Below, in pieces: positions 61,454 to 64,000 of a DNA stretch of 64,000 bases (position 1 is the stretch's first letter; every line of letters begins with the position of its first letter). A program made the position numbers and the translations under genes. The notes beneath the pieces were generated by a model. It ran no database searches and was not told the DNA's origin. It saw nothing but the letters and a program-made list of their open reading frames with translations. Source of the DNA: a virus; the IMG/VR virus record IMGVR_UViG_3300026488_000021, positions 1-64,000 of that record; one strand, 5' to 3'.

Positions 61454-62053
61454 ATGATAAAAAGTAATCAAACTGTTTGAAGTTTTATTCAACAGGTAGC
61501 TATGATGGTTAATGAAATAGTATCATCAAATATGTTTAATGATAATTTTTGGATTTCGATTTTGAATTGGAGTATGAACTATATTTATTGATATCATAAA
61601 TGGAGTTGGAATATTTATTATGAAGAGGTAGATGTAATAAATTATGAAGCAGAAGTTACTTATCCTATTCAGGAAATTATTGAAGTTATTGACGATTTAT
61701 GAAATTTATATATTCAATGAGAGTATAAGCCAGACACTGGTGTATTTGTTAAAAAATGAAATAAATTGTATTTTAATAATGACTTTGTAGGAAATAAAAT
61801 TACAGTGGCATATAGAAGATGGTTTATTCCGTATACTGTAAATGATATGTCATCTACATTAGATATTCCAGCACAGTTAGAATGACCATTAGCTAGTTTA
61901 ATGCAGTTTAGAATTACACCGATTTGGTTGTGAGAGTGAAGTTGAGGTATGATGAATAATTACTTACAGATTGCAATAAATGAGTTAAATCAATTTAGAC
62001 AAATTGATACATATGAAGAAGCTCAAAGACCTTTAAACCCTAAGAGGAGATAA
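61454..62053 (+). CDS. Putative head-tail adaptor (tail tubular A-like)
   Basis: 199 aa after the capsid gene; ILN....I...HKWSW...LDIP pattern; position. Confidence 0.55.
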
Positions 62054-63801
62054 TGGCTATACAACAATTGGATATAAGACCACAAGAATGATTTAATCAG
62101 ATTTATAGTGAATTAGTGAATAATGAAATTGTAAATACTCCTTACAATAAAGATTATTCATCTAAATTTTTCTTTTTTAAAAAGAGAAAGTGAATAAAAG
62201 AGTATAAGAGAAAAGATGGTTATGGTTTTTTAGATTATGCTGTGTACACTGATAATAATTGAAATAAAGAGTTCTTCCTGACTAGAAGACAATCAGACAA
62301 TGCTTATGTAATATTTGATTGAGATTTGAATCAAGTTCTAGAAATTTCTGAGTGATGAATTTGTGATAGATTTTATTCGGTATTATGATGAGGAGAGAGT
62401 AGATATGACAATTGAACTGTGTCTAGTTCAGATGCAACTCATATTACTGATAATTCTAAAAATTGGAGTAATAATGAATTAGCTGGTTATTATGTTTATA
62501 TAGATGATTGAACTGGTGCTTGACAACTTAGACAAATATTGTCTAATACTTCTGATACCATCGAGGTAAGTTGATGGAGTGCTAATCCTTGAAGTTGAGC
62601 TAGTTATGTGATATATACTAGTTTAGTAGACAATATAGTTGTTCCATATAATAATTGAGCCTATATATTTGATTGAGAACAATGGTATGACTCTGCTGTG
62701 TTTTCTTGATATAAAATAAAATGAATGGAGGTTTGGAATAGTAGGTTATGGTATGCTACTGGGAATCAAATAATATATTCTGATGAATGAGATTATTATT
62801 TTTCTCCTGCTGGGAATGAGCTATTTATTTCAAATCTTGATATAAATAATTTATATTGATTTTGAAATTATTTATTTGTTACTACACCTAAAAGTATTTG
62901 AGTTGTGTATAAGGGATTCTCTACAACAGATTGAACTCCGTTTTTCATAATTAAAGAAGGGGTGTCACAAGTATGAGTTAAAAATAGGTTTGGGATTTGA
63001 AGATATAGGGATGTACTTTACTTTGTATCGTCGGATCTAAGATTGTATTCACTAGGAGTAACCATGCTTGGAGAGGAAACAGTTTTTAAGTTTCAAGATA
63101 ATTGAACATTGCCTTCAAATTTTATTGAAAAATACTATGATAAAGATATAAAACTTTATAGTGATATAAATTATTTGTATTTATTTTGTATAGATGGTGG
63201 TAAGACAAAAGAAATATATTATAATGATTTGTACAAAGGATGGTTGAATAATGAGTATATGGTAAAGATTAATAGTAAAAAATTATTATTATCGCAGGAA
63301 TATGTGCTATGAGATTGATTTGTTTGAACCAGAGAGTGATATAAAGATTTAGACGCTACTTATTGACAAAAGATTAGATGTGTAGTTGGTGAGCCTGATA
63401 TATTTATGTGGAAAGATATTAAATATGTTAATATTTTGTTGTGAAAGAGTGATTATATACAGAACTGAATCTTAACAGTTACATCACATATCTGAAATAA
63501 GAAAGTAGAAAGAAAAATAGATTTAGCGAGAACTTGATATATTTCAGATATGTGAGATATTATAGAGAACACATACTGAAGTACATTAATTTGATATCCA
63601 TTATTTGGTTGAGATTTAGGGTATTTAAGTGAATATATATCTGATATTGATATTATTCAAGTTTGATTAAATATGACTTGACAACTAATTGAATTTACAA
63701 TTGATACAGGTGAATGAGATAATTGAATATTTTATGGTGGTATGATGGTATATTATAATTTGTTAAACCCTAAATTAAAATATTATAGAAACATTATTTA
63801 A
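62053..63801 (+). CDS. Putative tail nozzle/stabilisation protein (P22 gp10/T7 gp12-like)
   Basis: 582 aa, beta-propeller-like composition (WNSRLW, IIYSD, LYFVS); podovirus gene order. Confidence 0.55.
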
Positions 63802-63818
63802 TTAATAAAAATTGTAAA

Positions 63819-64000
63819 ATGACAATACAAGAATATTATAATAGACTTGCTAATATGTCAGGAGAAGAGTTGTATAAAAAAATCAGACAAAAATATTGAG
63901 ATGTATCCTGATTTGCGTTAGCATATAATAAAGCTTTAAATAATTATGCAGGAGCAGATAAAGATAAATATAGAGATTTGATAAGTAAGATTGAAGCAAA
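63819..64000 (+). CDS. Start of next structural gene (truncated by the window)
   Basis: ATG at 63819, open to the window end. Confidence 0.5.

Noticed and set aside
1-64000. Mass pseudogenisation (genes riddled with stops)
   Set aside because: The interruptions in the genes traced are TGA at glycine positions; frames run to TAA/TAG with intact catalytic motifs.
1-64000. UGA=Trp (code 4) or selenocysteine
   Set aside because: TGA occupies invariant Gly columns (Walker A, GPV, GNHD) and alternates with GGT in poly-Gly runs.

Overview
AT-rich (bacterio)phage or prophage DNA written in a non-standard genetic code. TGA is read as Gly (code 25) throughout, and the rare CGA/CGG codons sit at positions where homologous families have Trp. 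That combination is known for Ca. Absconditabacterales (SR1, CPR/Patescibacteria), the inferred host lineage. The supplied ORF track is therefore badly fragmented, and the coordinates below were re-derived by hand with TGA=Gly. Layout: (1) 1-2.2 kb, large serine recombinase (truncated by the window edge) and a Panacea-type toxin-antitoxin pair. (2) 2.35-9.3 kb, head module #1: TerS-like, TerL, SPP1-like portal, MuF/gp7, scaffold, capsid, with no connector or tail genes after it. (3) 9.3-31.1 kb, fibre genes, lysis-like genes (PLA2/DUF1353-like, holin, papain-like protease with SLH domain), two giant putative ejection proteins, resolvase, metallophosphoesterase. (4) 31.1-52 kb, a minus-strand early/replication arm (tRNA-Asp, dUTPase, helicases, Cas4-like nuclease, MT-A70 methylase, Rad52/Sak-like protein) bracketed by two GC-rich, pseudoknot-rich putative ncRNAs (~190 and ~590 nt). 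(5) 52-53.2 kb, a divergent non-coding control region with a symmetric pair of 72-bp sites and G-tracts. (6) 53.2-64 kb, head/tail module #2 of podovirus type: TerL with an atypical LAGLIDADG intein, portal, scaffold, capsid, adaptor, nozzle. Family assignments come from recognised motifs only; no database searches were run.
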